Positions 11,701 through 24,665 of a DNA stretch of 64,000 bases are shown here, in pieces. The DNA is taken from NCBI GenBank assembly GCA_000708835.1, contig DF237348.1, forward strand, positions 1-64,000. Reading direction: 5' to 3'. The first letter of the stretch is position 1; the number at the start of each line of letters is the position of its first letter. The position numbers were made by a program, and so were the translations under genes. The notes under the pieces are model-generated. The model saw only the letters and a program-made list of their open reading frames with translations, was not told the origin of the DNA and made no database searches. This DNA comes from Klebsormidium nitens (lineage: Eukaryota > Plantae > Klebsormidiophyceae).

Positions 11701-14700
11701 AGGAGCATCTGCAAAATAATGAAGGTATTTTCTGCCTGAGATCGACCAGAAAGCCCCAAAATTTTCGTCCGGAACAGTGAGAAATGAGAAGATCAGAAAA
11801 CTGTAGGGACATACAAAACGGACCGGGTCTTGAGGTAGCAGCGAGGCCGCAAACGTAGCGAGGAGCATCTGCGAAAGAAGGAGCTCGTTCCGCGTTTGAT
11901 ACTGAACGAATTTCCCTACGCTCTCCAGCTAAACAAAGCAAAAGAAGAGCCACAAACGCAGCGAGGAGCATCTGAGAAAGAGGGAGCGCGTTCTAGGGCT
12001 GATACTGAACGAATGCCACTACGCTTTCTCCCCAATACCAAGCAAACGAAGCCGCTAAGGGCATTTTGAACCTGGGGTCGACCGGAACGTGCTAGCATTT
12101 CGCCCGGAACGGAGAATGAGAAGATCAGGGCAGCGCAGCGATATGCAAAACCAGAATGAAAGACGAAGCTTAGAAGACAAACATTCGATGCAATCTGTAA
12201 GGGCGTCAGAAGCCGAAAGGACCGCCAAACGAAGCTCAGTGCCAGCATTCTGAAAGGCGCCAGAATCGAAGTGGTGGCAGGAGCGTGGACCTACCGATCC
12301 CAGGGGCAGCCATTGGATTAGGACGTCCGGCATAAAGAACTGCATCAGCTGGCCTGCACGCGTCCAAAACGCCCGGATTAGGAAACAGGCCTTGGATCTT
12401 CATTGTCAAGATAAGAAGCTGTCAACATATCCCTGTGCGGAAAACAGGCATAAACAGGCAAACTTTTTGACAAGAGCAAAGGCGTCCTGAAATCTGTGTC
12501 GCGATAAGCAGCGTCCAAACTTGTTCGTCAGATACCAAGCGAACGAGAAAGAGCGCCAAGAAGGGAACATTGAGAGACTGCAATTAAAGTGAAAGAGTCG
12601 AAAATTTCGTTGTCGCAAAAGCAAGCTTTTGAAACATATAGCAATAACAGCTGCCCGGAAATACCGAAAATTTGAGCCTGTCACGTCGCACTCACTGATT
12701 GCGGCAGCTCCGACGACTCCGAGCGCGCTCGCGGCCACGACGACGCTCGTTGCTAGCTGGAAGTGGCGCTCGGCCACGTGGAGGAACAGGAAGGCCACCA
12801 AGATGACGTCAGCAGCGGCACCGATGCCGTACTGGATCTGCGAGAAGTGAGGCCGGTCTCAGCGAGAATAAAGGGTCTCAGCAGCAGAGTGCAACGTTCA
12901 GGCTGCAGGGTGTTCATTTCTGCGGTTCCTGTTCGCTTCTGGGCAGACTGTCGACGAGCAGCGACACATATTTAAAACGGGTTTTGCAACTGGACGGAGT
13001 GCCTGGCTACCTTTCCTTCTTTTTAAGTAGCGTAGATTTAAAGATGCTGGCAGGCAAGTCAAAAGTTGCACGTAGAGTAGAGTGATGCTCCATATCCGTT
13101 GCTAGCAAGAGCCCCGTAGGGTTTCTTGTAGGGTCCTCTTACAACTCGACAACCACCAACAGAGCGAGGTCCATTCGCGAACCTAGGTTGGACCTGAGTG
13201 GCTGCAGACTATCGGTCCGATTGTGTCACAAGCAAGCACCGCATAGTGTTCCCGGAGAACCGACTTTCAGCACATTGACACCGCAAAGGCCACGTGGCTC
13301 CGCATGGGAGCTTGGGATTTACCTGGGCGGCGGCCAGGGGCATGCCGAACAGCAAGACCAGTTGGATCAGCACCCGGGCAAACGCGCCTGCAACAAGAGC
13401 ACAAACAGCTTCAGACTGCACACTTTGAAACAACTGCATTTCTTCCGAAGTCGTCACATCTCAGATGATTAAGTCCTTCTTAATTTCTTATTGATTCATT
13501 CGGAAACCTGCATTGGAATGCGTTGGAGCAGGTTCGTCCAGCTGCCAGCATCCTAAGACCGGTGGGGACATCAGCATATGTGTAGCTCGTGGTGCAGTGT
13601 CCTTGATATAAGAGGACCGGAAATGAGCACCTCTCGTGCACTGGCTGGTGCACCTGCTAATTCAATGACTGAAACCTCTCAAGGCCCTGCCAAAGAATGC
13701 TAGAAGACTTCCAAGTTTCTCACATACAACATGTTACACAGAAGTGACCTGACAACTCTGCATAACGTGTCGTTTCGCGAGTGACGACTGCCTTAACGGA
13801 ACTAGGGCCCAATTCCCCGATACTGATGTGCAAATCGTTAGCAGAAGCTTCGGGTTCTCAAAACAGGGAAACGCGGCCGGCAAGTCGATAGCAGAAGCTT
13901 CGGAACCTGGTCAAACAGGGAAATGCAAGCCGGCGCTTACCAATAGACACGACGGTCTTGTAACCAAAGAGCTCGGCGATGGGCCCCGCAACGGCAGTGC
14001 ACACGAGGGTGGAGTAGAAGCTGATGGGGAGCCCCTTCAGAATCCACTGCGACTGTAGCAGAGAAAAGAGAGGGATGATTACACTGTTTGACCAAAAACG
14101 AAGCGAAGCCGTTCATTCCAAGCGAATAGAAGGCTTCTGGAGCCACAGTGGCTGAGTGCGCGGGTCTCTTTCGCAGTCAACTGAAAGCTCCGAGGGCTCT
14201 TTTGAATGTTCTGTTCATTCCACGCAGCCCCTTCGACTCAGTCTAGTTAGTAAGGTGGGACCCGTCCTTAAAAGCTTTGCAGGACATACGGATGTGAGGA
14301 TATGTGTGTTTTCAAGGCTGCCCAGGTTAAGTATGCCCACTATGTGTTATACTGGTAACTCTGATACAGTATCGACTGGAGATTGTCTTGAGATACATAA
14401 GCCCCGGGCACGTCAACAACAAACCTAACCCAACTATTACCTGCTCCGCACCTGCACCTACCCTCACCTTCAAAGTAACCCCGCATGTTCCCCAGGTGCT
14501 GATATTAAAACAATTGGCCCTTAACACAATCGAGATTTAGTGGAGTCTACGTAATTGAGAGGAGCCTTTCCTTTCAATCAGCCCATGCGCATCAACCCTT
14601 GCCTTTTATTTCTGCACCCAGGCATCCCGACTGCAGCGCTGACCAAATAACGCACTGGAAACAAAAAGCGGGCACCTTTCCTTTCGCACATTGCCCACTC

Positions 14701-16465
14701 CACAGGACCGAAGAAGGAGTCCGACGTCTGCTTCTCTCCCAAAGAAAATAAGGAAGGAGCGTTCACATACCACGGGCATGTTCTGGCCCTCCTCTGACAT
14801 CGGCGCTGACGGTGTCTGGTCCACAGCACTCCCCGTGCCCTCCCCTGCCGCTGGCGTCTCCGTCGAGACTTCTGGTGCTGGCGTGGGGGGTTCAGGTGCC
14901 GGGGTGGGAAGCTCTGGCTCGGGGGTAGGCATCTCTGGTTCTGGAGTGGGCATCTCTGGTTCAGGGGTAGGGAGCTCTGGCTCGGGGGTAGGGAGTTCTG
15001 CTTCTGGGGTGGGGAAGTATGGTGCATCGGTGGGGATTTCAGGAGCAGGGGTAGGGAGCTCTGGGGCTGGGGTAGAGAGTTCGGGGGCCAGGGTAGGGTT
15101 CTCCATCTCCGGGGCGGGGGTAGAGAGTTCCGGTTCAGGGGTCACCACCGGCGCCGCCGTGGCTTGGGGTGCGGCAATTGTCTCTGTCGGAGTGGGGGCC
15201 AGTTCCTCGGGGGTCAGCTCGCGGACCTTCTGGACCCAGATTGCGTTGATGTACGGCCAGTCGATGATGGGAATGAACTCGATCGCCATCTTGTGGTTCT
15301 TGACCGAGTAGAAGGTACCGAAGTTGGCGTTGTTCATGGGGCCTCCGCCCCTCGTGATCAAGTCCACGAAGCTCCACTCCGTCGGCTGGCCGTTGATCGA
15401 CACGTTGAACACGCGCTGCCCGGGGGCGGTCCAGTACCCCTCCGAGGCGTAAAAGGTGATCCAGTACGCGCCGTCCTCGAGCGGCGGCATCTGGTAGACG
15501 ATCGGGCCGAACCGCCCCAACGTGTAAAGCGGCGCGTCGTTGGTGCCTTGGACGGTGTACGTGCCGTCAAGTGTTTGCTCGGTGAAGTTCATTACGCCGA
15601 TCCCGGTGCCCTCCATGTAGTACGGCTCATCGCTCACAAACTTGCGCCCGTCGGAGTCGAAGTACGGCTCCGAGTCGACGGGCTCGCCGCAGTTGATCCC
15701 GATGGAGCTGACGTAGTGCAAGGGCTCCGCGACCGTTTCTTCTGTCGGGGCAGGGGTGGCTGTTTCGGGAGCAGGCACCGTGCCTAGTTCTCCCACCTTC
15801 TGCAGCCAGATGGCGTTTATCTTCGGCTGGTCAACCAGAGGCTGAAGGGAGATGACCATTTCGTTGTCGAAGACCGACTGCTGGAGGGTCAGGTCCAGTG
15901 CCATTCTTGCCCCCCCCGACTGCAGAAACAGGTCCACGCTGCTCGCGGTGCTGAGCGTGTCATCGACGTACACGGCGAAGATGCGCTTCCCCGGCTCTGT
16001 GTACCAGGCCTCCGTCTCGTAGAGCGTGATCTCATACACGCCGTTCTCCAGGTTTGGGAAGTTGTACACGACAGGGCCGAAGCGCTCCCTCACGTACAGA
16101 CCCTGGTCGAACGCGCCTTGGATCTCGAACCCGTCCGTGAAGCTGAAGTCGCCGATGTTTTGCTCAGTGTCCGTGCCTGGGGCGAGGTAGTTCAGGTCGC
16201 TGACAAACGTGCGGCCGTCTGACGCGACATAGACCGTGCCTGCTGGCTCCCCGCAAGTGATGCCAACTGACGTGACAAGCTGGGGGAATGCTTCCTGCAA
16301 ACCGCGTGTAGAGCGGTTGCTGGGGTGTGAGGCGCCCGGGAACCAACCGACCGGGCGCTCAAAGGGGTCCACTTCCTGCTGGGGGGGTCGCGCTTGGAGC
16401 AGGAAAGCGAAGAGGGCCGCCAAGAGGATGAAGCGGACGGTCCCCTTGTCCAAATACGACGCCAT
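8747..16465 (-). CDS. SLC19 (reduced folate/thiamine carrier)-like transporter with two malectin domains and a Pro/Glu/Thr stalk inserted after TM1; ~1006 aa
   Basis: Hand-built exons: 16465-14771, 14052-13941, 13387-13323, 12837-12696, 12353-12295, 11708-11583, 11175-11114, 10812-10398, 9920-9757, 8927-8747. All GT-AG and phase-compatible, total 3021 nt. SLC19-like segments include LFAFLLQARP, LPISFYS...AELFGYKTVV, QYGIGAAADV, SFWWIFASAV..LLNY and GRFALLFGTNATLALLVQ. The exon 3/4 junction is ~3 aa shorter than recalled human SLC19, so a microexon may be missed. Confidence 0.8.
14875..15130 (-). repeat. Coding 21-bp tandem repeat (PEPELPT/PAPELPT-type heptads, mucin-like stalk)
   Basis: Translation TPAPELPTPAPEIPT...TPEPELPTPEPEMPTPEPEMPTPEPELPTPAPEPPTPAPE in ORF 14606..16495. 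Confidence 0.9.
15227..16279 (-). other. Two tandem malectin-like domains (15797-16279 and 15227-15716)
   Basis: Each has (I/V)GI(T/N)CG...SDGR(T/K)FVSD...LY..(E/G)RFGP(V/I)VY..P.LE(N/D)G.Y.IT.Y..E..(Y/W)T.PG.R(I/V)F.V...VDL...GG...P.INAIW(L/V)QK, the malectin pattern. Confidence 0.9.
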
Positions 16466-18448
16466 TGGGGAGGCTAGAGGGTGGAGGGTCGGCACGGGAG
16501 GAGAGTGGTAAGGTCAGGAGCTTTAGGGGTGGCGAGCAAACCTGGGGAAGGAGAAAGTGGGGTTAAGTTGGTGCCTAACTTCACAGTCTTGAGAGAGAGG
16601 AGGTTGGTGATACAGGCACCTTTTAGATATTCAGGTTGTGAGATCCCTCTATCAAAGGAAATTACAGCAGGTGACATCACTCATGTAGTTTTTAACACCT
16701 TAATGCACAAAGCCATGTCAATATTCTGCAGGGAGCAGGCACTTGCAGAATCGACATTGTCAGGAGCCCAAACACGAGAGCTTCACTCGCTCGATCGAAC
16801 TTTTGAAAGTACTTAGGTTTGAAGTGACCACCGGATGCAGGAAGTGCCGAAACTGGGCGGGAAAGGGCATCTAAGAGCAACTGGAACTTGAAGGAAAATC
16901 TCAGACAGCACCAGGACTCTTAGGGTTGGAAATAGGTGGTTTTAAGGACTGTACTGACCAGTTTCACCAAAAAGCTTGGCGACATGTCAATTGCAAATAT
17001 TCAAAATAGACCCTCAAGCACATAACTTTGTGTTTTCAGTGCTCTCTGAATATTCAAGTGGCAGGCTCTAGACCTGGAGTCATCACTCATGAGGCACAAG
17101 CAACAATGCATTATGCTCCATGCTATGCGACCAAGAGAATCAGGAGGAAAATCAGCTCTTTCCACTTAGATCTACAGATGCAGAAGATAGTCAATCTGTC
17201 AGGTGTTCAAGCAGGGGCTCATGGGATCTTAGCTTACAAGGTGAAGTTACACTCGGCTCAAAGGCATCTGTTTGGCAGCCTTTCCATCCCACAACACTTG
17301 CTTGTATGATCACTCAGAGAATTTCTCAGGTTGAGTACCTGACCAGCAAGCCAGACCTCCAGCGATGGGCTGGATGCTGGGCCTTCCTTTTGGGTTCTAT
17401 TTAATGTCCTAGGTGGATGCAAGGACCAAGGATGTGTGCATTTGATCTGGTTCAGTAGAGATCTCACAGTTTGAGCATCGCACCCGAGCGCATTCTGTCC
17501 CTTATCTTTCCCTTGAAAGAAACCTTTTGGGGGGGTATTGACTCTCAGCACTAAGGGCAAAGCGGCTTACCTCCTTTGAAGTGAAAAGCTCTCTTAACAG
17601 GGTTCCCCTTAAAATGCCAGCCCCTAGATCCAATGCATTGTCCTCAAAGGCAGCAGGAGCAGCGTTCAAAGCAGCTCCCTTTTCGTCCACACTTCTTTGA
17701 CCACCTCTTCGGAACTTTTAGAGCTCTGCGAATCCTTGGGAGGAATGCACCTCTATTCAATTTCTAGGCGCAGCATTGCATCTCTCCAGTGCTCTGCTGG
17801 TGCTGTTGACAGAGCCTGAGGCCCAGGGCAGAGCCGGTCCCTGTCTTTCAGGTGGTCACGTCAGAGTACGGGTAATCCCCTGATTTTACGGCAAGGGCGT
17901 GGGGTAAGGTATAAAGGCAGTGTCAAAACTCAAAGTATGATGGTGGTATGTAAACGGTTGACACTGTTTTCACATTTCTGCCAGGTAGTGAAGTGGCGGG
18001 AGATTCCGATCAGCTCGTGCAGGCGGAAAATCCGGGATGGAAGGATTGAACTCAGTCACTCAGAGTGGTAATGGTGACGCGTAACCATTAACGTTTTCTC
18101 GCCGCAACGAGAGCGAGGGCCACATGATGAAAAGAAGGGGACAAAGTTCAACCAAAACTTCAGGAGGAGGGGGAGAAGAACTTGGAAGTTGGAGGAGGAG
18201 GAGAAAGGAGCAGCTTTCGAGTGCTAACGCCTGCTTCAGATCCTGTTTCTGTCCTTTGCTTAGTTCAGGTTTCCAAATCGATGCACAGATTTTGGAGCTG
18301 CTGGCACCATTAGAGAAACCAGTCATTGAAGCGAACTGTGGGCAGTGAGAAAGAGGTATTGCAAGCTGAAGCTCTAGATTCCCATTGGAAGACTCCCTAG
18401 TTTTAGAGAAACTTCTCACAACCGGTGGTGGTTGCCTCGTAGAAAGTC

Positions 18449-21400
18449 ATGTCGTCGTTGAGGAACGCCGTCAAGAGGCGGACGCACAAGGAGCGCTCGC
18501 AGCCGTAAGTTCAACTCAACTTACTAAAGTCAGAGGGGACAAGGGGATGCTTGAGGTTGAAAGACAGGGCGGTGGTGACGCCAGAAATTTGGGTAGCATG
18601 ACCTGCTGTAAGCCGATTGCAAGGGCCTGACATGTGTTACTGTCCAGAGTCGCTTTTTCAGCTACTTTATTCACGCGCTTATTGCTTTTGCAAGATTGAA
18701 GTTCTGCAACATTCATCTCTTGATCTTCGTGTCTGTGAATGTGCAGAAGCGATCGCAAGCGGTTTGGCCTGCTTGAGAAGCACAAGGACTATGTCCTGCG
18801 CGCCAGGGACTACCACAAGAAGGAGGAAGCAATCAGGGTAAGCGTTGGCTCGTTCTGTGACCAGCCGTATGTAGGACATACGCAACGGTCGCCTTTGATT
18901 AAGGTGACTGCATACTCTTCAGGAGAACAGTGGCGGTGCAACCGATCAGTAGGTTGATTCGGCCTTAGGCCAGTACCTTCTTTCATCGAATCATTTCAGT
19001 GCCCTCTCAGCGGATAATCTGAAAAGTTTTGGCTCTACTACAATGGCCAATAGTTTTCTTTTTTGAACGCACTCGATGGTCCCTGAAGGCTGCAGTCAGG
19101 GAGTTGAGTTCACGGCCTGTTTCAAAATGGTATTTGGCGCATTCCCCTGCAGGTCTTGAAAGAGAAGGCCGCCTCTCGCAACCCCGATGAATTCTACTTC
19201 AAGATGCAAAACAGCCAAACGGTTGGAGGCATTCACATTGGAAGGTGAGCAAAGGTGTTTCATGCTGAAAAGAGGCCATGTTGTGAGTCCCTGCCATACT
19301 CAGGAAGACAGGGGCTCGTAGGTGTTCGGTGGAACGGGTGTTCCTCATTAGGGCATCTTTGGCTTTGCTGTGTGTACTTTGCACTGTTCAAAGCAGCTGC
19401 TCTTTAGTATCTTGATTCAAGCTTTGTTGGTTGAGTACCGCAGGCTTTGGCACTTGCGAGCTTCGGTGACTGCCATGCATCGAGGTTTTATCTTCTTGGA
19501 TCTCTGTTAGGACGCTCGTATAGCCAAATCTGATTCCATCAAGCGGAACCCCCAATGAGTACCTTGCTGCAATTACCCCGATGACTTCAGAGTTTCGAGC
19601 TTAGCAAGGCTATGCTTCTTTGAGAAGCGGGTATGTGATACTTCTACCCTGCTCGTCGTCGTCCATCTACTTTTCTTGCTTTCATTTTTCCAAGCGCCTA
19701 TTGTAGTGCGGCAATTGATCTTACATTTTTCCCCGAGGCAGGAGGGTAGTCGTCTGATAACCATCTCATTAGCAGGATTTGTTTGTTTTGTCTGCACAGG
19801 AAGGACGAGAAGAATAAATACACCCAGGAGCAGTTGCGGTTGATGAAGACACAAGACATTGGTTATGTCCTGAACAGGGCCCAAGAAGAGAGGAAGGTAG
19901 GCTTATTGACTCAAATCGTGTTCCGGTCGATTCAGCGTGGTGCTGGCTTTGATGGCAGGCTTCCTTTCTTTTGCCTCTGGGGAGATCTATGTTTTTGCAA
20001 CGACTCCCTTCGTTGGGCGACGTATGATTCGAGAAGCGTCGGTTGAGCTTGCGAACCCGAGTTTGTGTTTATGGTCCAAACGCTCCGTCTTTTCGCACGA
20101 AGGTGAATCTGTGTTCTTGTTGCAGATGCTTCAAATAAGAAAAGCGTTACGGGCAGTTGTTTGATGTGCCGTCCTCATCTTGCAGAAAGTAGAGCGGATG
20201 CAAGCAACTTTGCATGGGCTGGGGCGCGAGCGACAAAACAAGAAGGTTCTTTTCGTGGACGAGGGGTAAGTAAAATGTGTTTTCTCACTGCCTTCAAGTC
20301 ACCATACTCTCATGCTTACCTTATTTTCACAGGAAACAGACTGCCCCATCCACTTTTGAAGTCTTCGAACGAAAAGCCTGGATTTTGGTGTTTGCAAGCC
20401 CGTTGCTTTACTCTCGTGGCAAATCTATTGACTTAGGACGTCTTTTAGCTGTCTTCTTTGTAGCTTGCCCCCGCTGCGCGTTACCTTGTCACGACTACTT
20501 TTTCGGGAGCTTCGTTGACCGAGGACGTCCTCGTTGAGATCGTCTCATGCCTGCTCTAATAACAGTGAAACACGCAGCATGAGCTGTTTGAACGGCGAGC
20601 TCCGACTTGGCTGGCAATTGCGTCAGCAATCGTCGATAAAGAAGTTCAACCACGGGTCGTCTTTATTTGCTTTATAGTTGAGACCCAGTGTTTCTTTTTC
20701 CATATGAATTTGCATGTCGCCTCTAACTCCTTGGCCCTGACCAGCACAAATCTTTCTTCCTGAAATCAGGGAAGACGTTGGCGACCGGCTCCCTTCTGGC
20801 AGCGGCCAGCAAGAGGACGGCTCTGCGCTCTCCGTTCTACCGAAGCGGATTGAAAAGTAGGTCACCTATTTGCACGTCTTTGACGAACTTGTCGTACGCG
20901 ATTGGCTCGTTTCAGCAGTGCGGTTACATTCTGACATTCGCATCTGGATTCTTGCTTGTGAAGGTTGGAAATGTTCTCTGGATTTGTGGAATGTCTGGAA
21001 TCCTTGAAAAGTGACTAATCGACGTGATGAACACGGAGGGCCGAACCAGTTTTATGTTAGGCCTGGTTAGCCTGTACTTTAACTAGAATGGAGTGAGTTA
21101 CTGAAATCGGAGCGCTTACTTTCAGGCGTCGACAAGCAGCGTACCGGGAGCTGCGGGAACGGAAAGAACGCGCCGAGAGCATGAGCCACATAGCAAACAA
21201 AATGCTGCTGCAAAAGGAACTGATGGTAAGTCCTGCTGGCCATTCGCTTCCTCTGTCCGCATATGCCTACCCTCACGATTGTACACGTTTGATTCGCTAC
21301 GGATTCATTCCGCTGCTGCCTGAAGGAGGGTCGAGAAGCAGGGGGCTCTTTTACTAGTTTTGTTGCCGCCATTTGGTGTTGTGTGGTCGAAAGGTTGTGG

Positions 21401-21533
21401 CCCACGCTGCTCTCCCCTCATGCGGCCTTTTCTTGTTCAGGGAAAGGGAAGGAAACGGAAGTTGACGCCAGAAGAGGTAGAAAATCCTGGGAAAGGCTCA
21501 GTTTTCAAATGGAAGCGTGAACGGAAAAAGTAG
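18449..21533 (+). CDS. UTP11: U3 snoRNA-associated protein 11 (SSU processome)
   Basis: Spliced exons read MSSLRNAVKRRTHKERSQP / RKRFGLLEKHKDYVLRARDYHKKE / LKEKAASRNPDEFYFKM / QLRLMKTQDIGYV / ... / FKWKRERKK-stop(21531-21533). Confidence 0.95.
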
Positions 21534-22469
21534 GCGTTGCAAAACCAACTTTCATCCAGAGGGCCGATGGGTTCAACCACAGACTTGCTCAATGTTACGA
21601 ATATCGTTTCTGTGCACGTCGTTGACCTGCTATTCTTGTCCCTTGATCGACGAAATGCAGATGCCATCTTTAAATTGGCTGGGCGTGATAAGAAGTCTCA
21701 CGCAGACGCTTGCACAAGGTTATAAGCAAAGCGATTTCGCAAAAGCGTACAAGAACGTCGCTAGGCGGATCAAACATTAACTGATTGCAGCTAAACGACG
21801 ACAGCTGCAGTGACAGCCGCTGTGCACAATCTGAACCCTTTTCGAAGCCCCTTGAAAGTATGTACCGTACTTTAATTTGATTGAATGTCGAACACTTGGT
21901 AAATGCCAGCGTGCGCAAACCGTTTTGTTTGCTTTGCCAGCCCTGCAATTACACATGCTGGCATGCAATCGTAATCACTTCGATCACGTGCTGCTATGTA
22001 CCTCTGTACGTACATAATTACACGCGCATGACAGCCATTGACCCATCCGATGTGACTTGCGAGCTGAACATCAACGTTCGTCACCATGATATCTAGATTC
22101 TCTATATGTATACTTAACACCTAAACAGTATGCGTTAGTACTGATCTTCAGGTAAGGCAGGAGCTCGGCCGCCCAGGTAGAAGGTCGGTGTCACACAACT
22201 CGTAAAACTTTCTGCCATTCGGATGCATAGCAGATTGCTTGGGCGCAAACTCGCAATGTGGCAAGCAAGATGTCCTGTACGAGACTACTCGAGGCTGCTC
22301 CGTAAGTTGCAACAATAGATGGTCCGACCGTTTTCCTGAAACAGGACCTCTTGTTGTGCTCAGCGGATGGTGCTGCCGCCTCAACAGCAGATTATGGTAC
22401 CCTTGTATCCTGCCTATCTTCGACTACGCCAGCTGTGCCTATGTACAAAAGCTATAGAGTATCAAAACC

Positions 22470-23737
22470 TTACAGAATCACGCAGCACCTATTCAGCTTC
22501 TTTGCGTTCTTGAGGTAGATCTTCGAGTTTTCGCTGAGGTCTTGGCTCTTGTCCATTAGGACCTCCAACTTCTCCCCTCGATCTAATAGACTATTGATTG
22601 TTTTATGAGCTACCTCTGCGACGTCGTCGATTTGCCGCTGAACTTTGATAATCTTATCTGCTTGCATCGGATCCTGGTAATGTCGCAGCGCGTCGTTGAG
22701 GAGCGGGAGTGACTCTTTACAGTCTGCGTGTATGAGCGCCCATGAGTCCCCCATCCGCCGTTCATAATCGTCGAGGATCTTATTGATGACTGAGTATGCG
22801 GCCCGTTCGGGATAGTCTTTGTCTGCAAGGACCACACCCACCAAGCCCTGCAAAGGGATCCAAAGATAAGCTGACTGCATTTGGAGGATCTGTAGGTCAC
22901 TACCAGTGTCTTGCTGGTTTTCTGGAGGGAGCAGACGCCGGAGAATCACCAACACTAATACTAGCAGGTTGCGCTCAACCTGGATAAACGCGGAGTCTGA
23001 TCATTGGGAATCCTTTTGAGCTACCGTAAGCAGGAAGTAGCTGAGGAGGGAGGGGGGGGCGCACCTGTTTGTTGTAGGCATGGACCAGATACTCCTCATG
23101 CTGGAGCGTTGACTTGTTCCCCTCAGGAGTCCTTCCCCCCACCAGTCTTGACACAAACAGGATCATCTCCTTAACTGTGAGACAGAAGTTACGCCAAAGC
23201 TCAGGTTAGTGACTGCAATTGGACAGCTGCATAGCTCAGGTTGACATAAAGGTGCTTGTCGGGAATCGAAGAATTGCTGAGCAGAGAGGCAAAAATGGAC
23301 ACACAGACTGTTGTTGATAGAACCAGCTCAAATGAGATGCCCTGTGTGCCTGAACTGCCAAAGAGCACAAAAAGGCAGAGCTTGGATTGCGTCCAGCATC
23401 CACAAGTGAATAGCACAACACAGTAGCAATGCTTGACCTTCTACTGAAAGCTAAGAAGAGCAGCCAGCCTAAAAGAAGGTCCAGGAACTTACAGCTGGAC
23501 CCATGGACATCCGACAAGATGTAACACCCTGCCAAACTTATCCGCGCATAGAAAGTAGCAAACACAATTAGGGTTCCACTGCTCCTGATACCTGATATGC
23601 AGCCAATCAGAGCATGGGACCTTACCTGTGGCCCTCTGGAAGTAGCCAAAGTCTTTCACATCGCTGGCGGTCCCCAGGATCCATGGATCCCCACCCTGAC
23701 TGTTTGCCTTCACAATGGATAGGGCGATGATCTTCAT
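22470..23737 (-). CDS. YKT6: Longin R-SNARE YKT6-like with C-terminal CCaaX (3 exons)
   Basis: MKIIALSIVK...DFGYFQRAT / VKEMILFVSR...QHEEYLVHAYN / GLVGVVLADKDYPERAAY...KTINSLLDRGEKL...KKLNRCCVIL. Confidence 0.93.
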
Positions 23738-24665
23738 CACAATTCACGTGAAACGGGCAGCTGGCGAGCAGAGTGGCAGACCAGTGGCAAGTATTGAACT
23801 GAAAGTGGCCACCAATCGCCAGCTTTAAGATACTGGGCAATCACACGGGGAAGAAGATCCACAGCCTACAGGTGTGTCTGATCATCTGGATAGAGCGCTG
23901 CAGACTTCGAGAAGCAATGACCACGAAAAGCTGCCATCAACCTGTCATTGGTCACGGAAAAGTCGCGTGCTGTTGCAGTAAATCGCACCAAATTGTGTGC
24001 CATTGCTTGCAAACACTTTCAAGCTGTATTTGGAGCGACTCACCAAACTCGCGCGAGGGCTCCCTCAAGGCCTGCTTCCGGTTCCGCTTGATCTTAGTTC
24101 CGTTCTGCTCAAGGCTCAGCAGAGCCAAATTGCAGGACCAACCCAGCCAAAACATGTAGCGTCCAGTAGCGAGCAGCCCGTATGGGCTCCACCGCTGGCG
24201 CGTCCACGAAACTTTGCAGACGTCATATATGGTCTGTTGGCTACCATTTCCACCCATTTTCGAGTCAGCGCACCCGGTGGAGCCCTCAGTGTCAAGGACG
24301 AAGTAAACCTATGTCTGACTTGCCCAGCTAAATTGAAAAATCTGGGCATTAAAATGGACCGGCCGAATGACACCCAATGATGGCGGAAACTTGTAGAGAA
24401 CGTTTTGGGACCTAGCCAAGACGTTTTGACCTTGTGGGCAGTTTGGATATGATGCTTCCGCCCGCTTACAATTCTGCTTGCGCCAACATTTTGGCTGGCG
24501 TCTGCGCCCTCTGGACCAACTTGAAGTTGAAGTTGAAGCCTGAGGCCGCAGAGGCAGAGGTGGGCACCGCAGAGGAGAAAGGCGATACGCGGGTGCACAG
24601 GCTGCTAATGTTGCTCACCTACTGATACAAGTTGATTGATTGGATGATCTGCTTGCACCCGCATC

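Noticed and set aside
14053-14770. Possible small exons or a separate first exon for the transporter (e.g. 14473-14503)
   Set aside because: None encodes a TM1-like segment, and the direct 14771/14052 splice already gives a gap-free SLC19 alignment.
16500-18419. Minus-strand ORFs 18060..18419 and 17502..17690, including a centrin-like ELSKGQKQDLKQA
   Set aside because: No EF-hand follows and I could not build a consistent exon chain. More likely UTR or intergenic.
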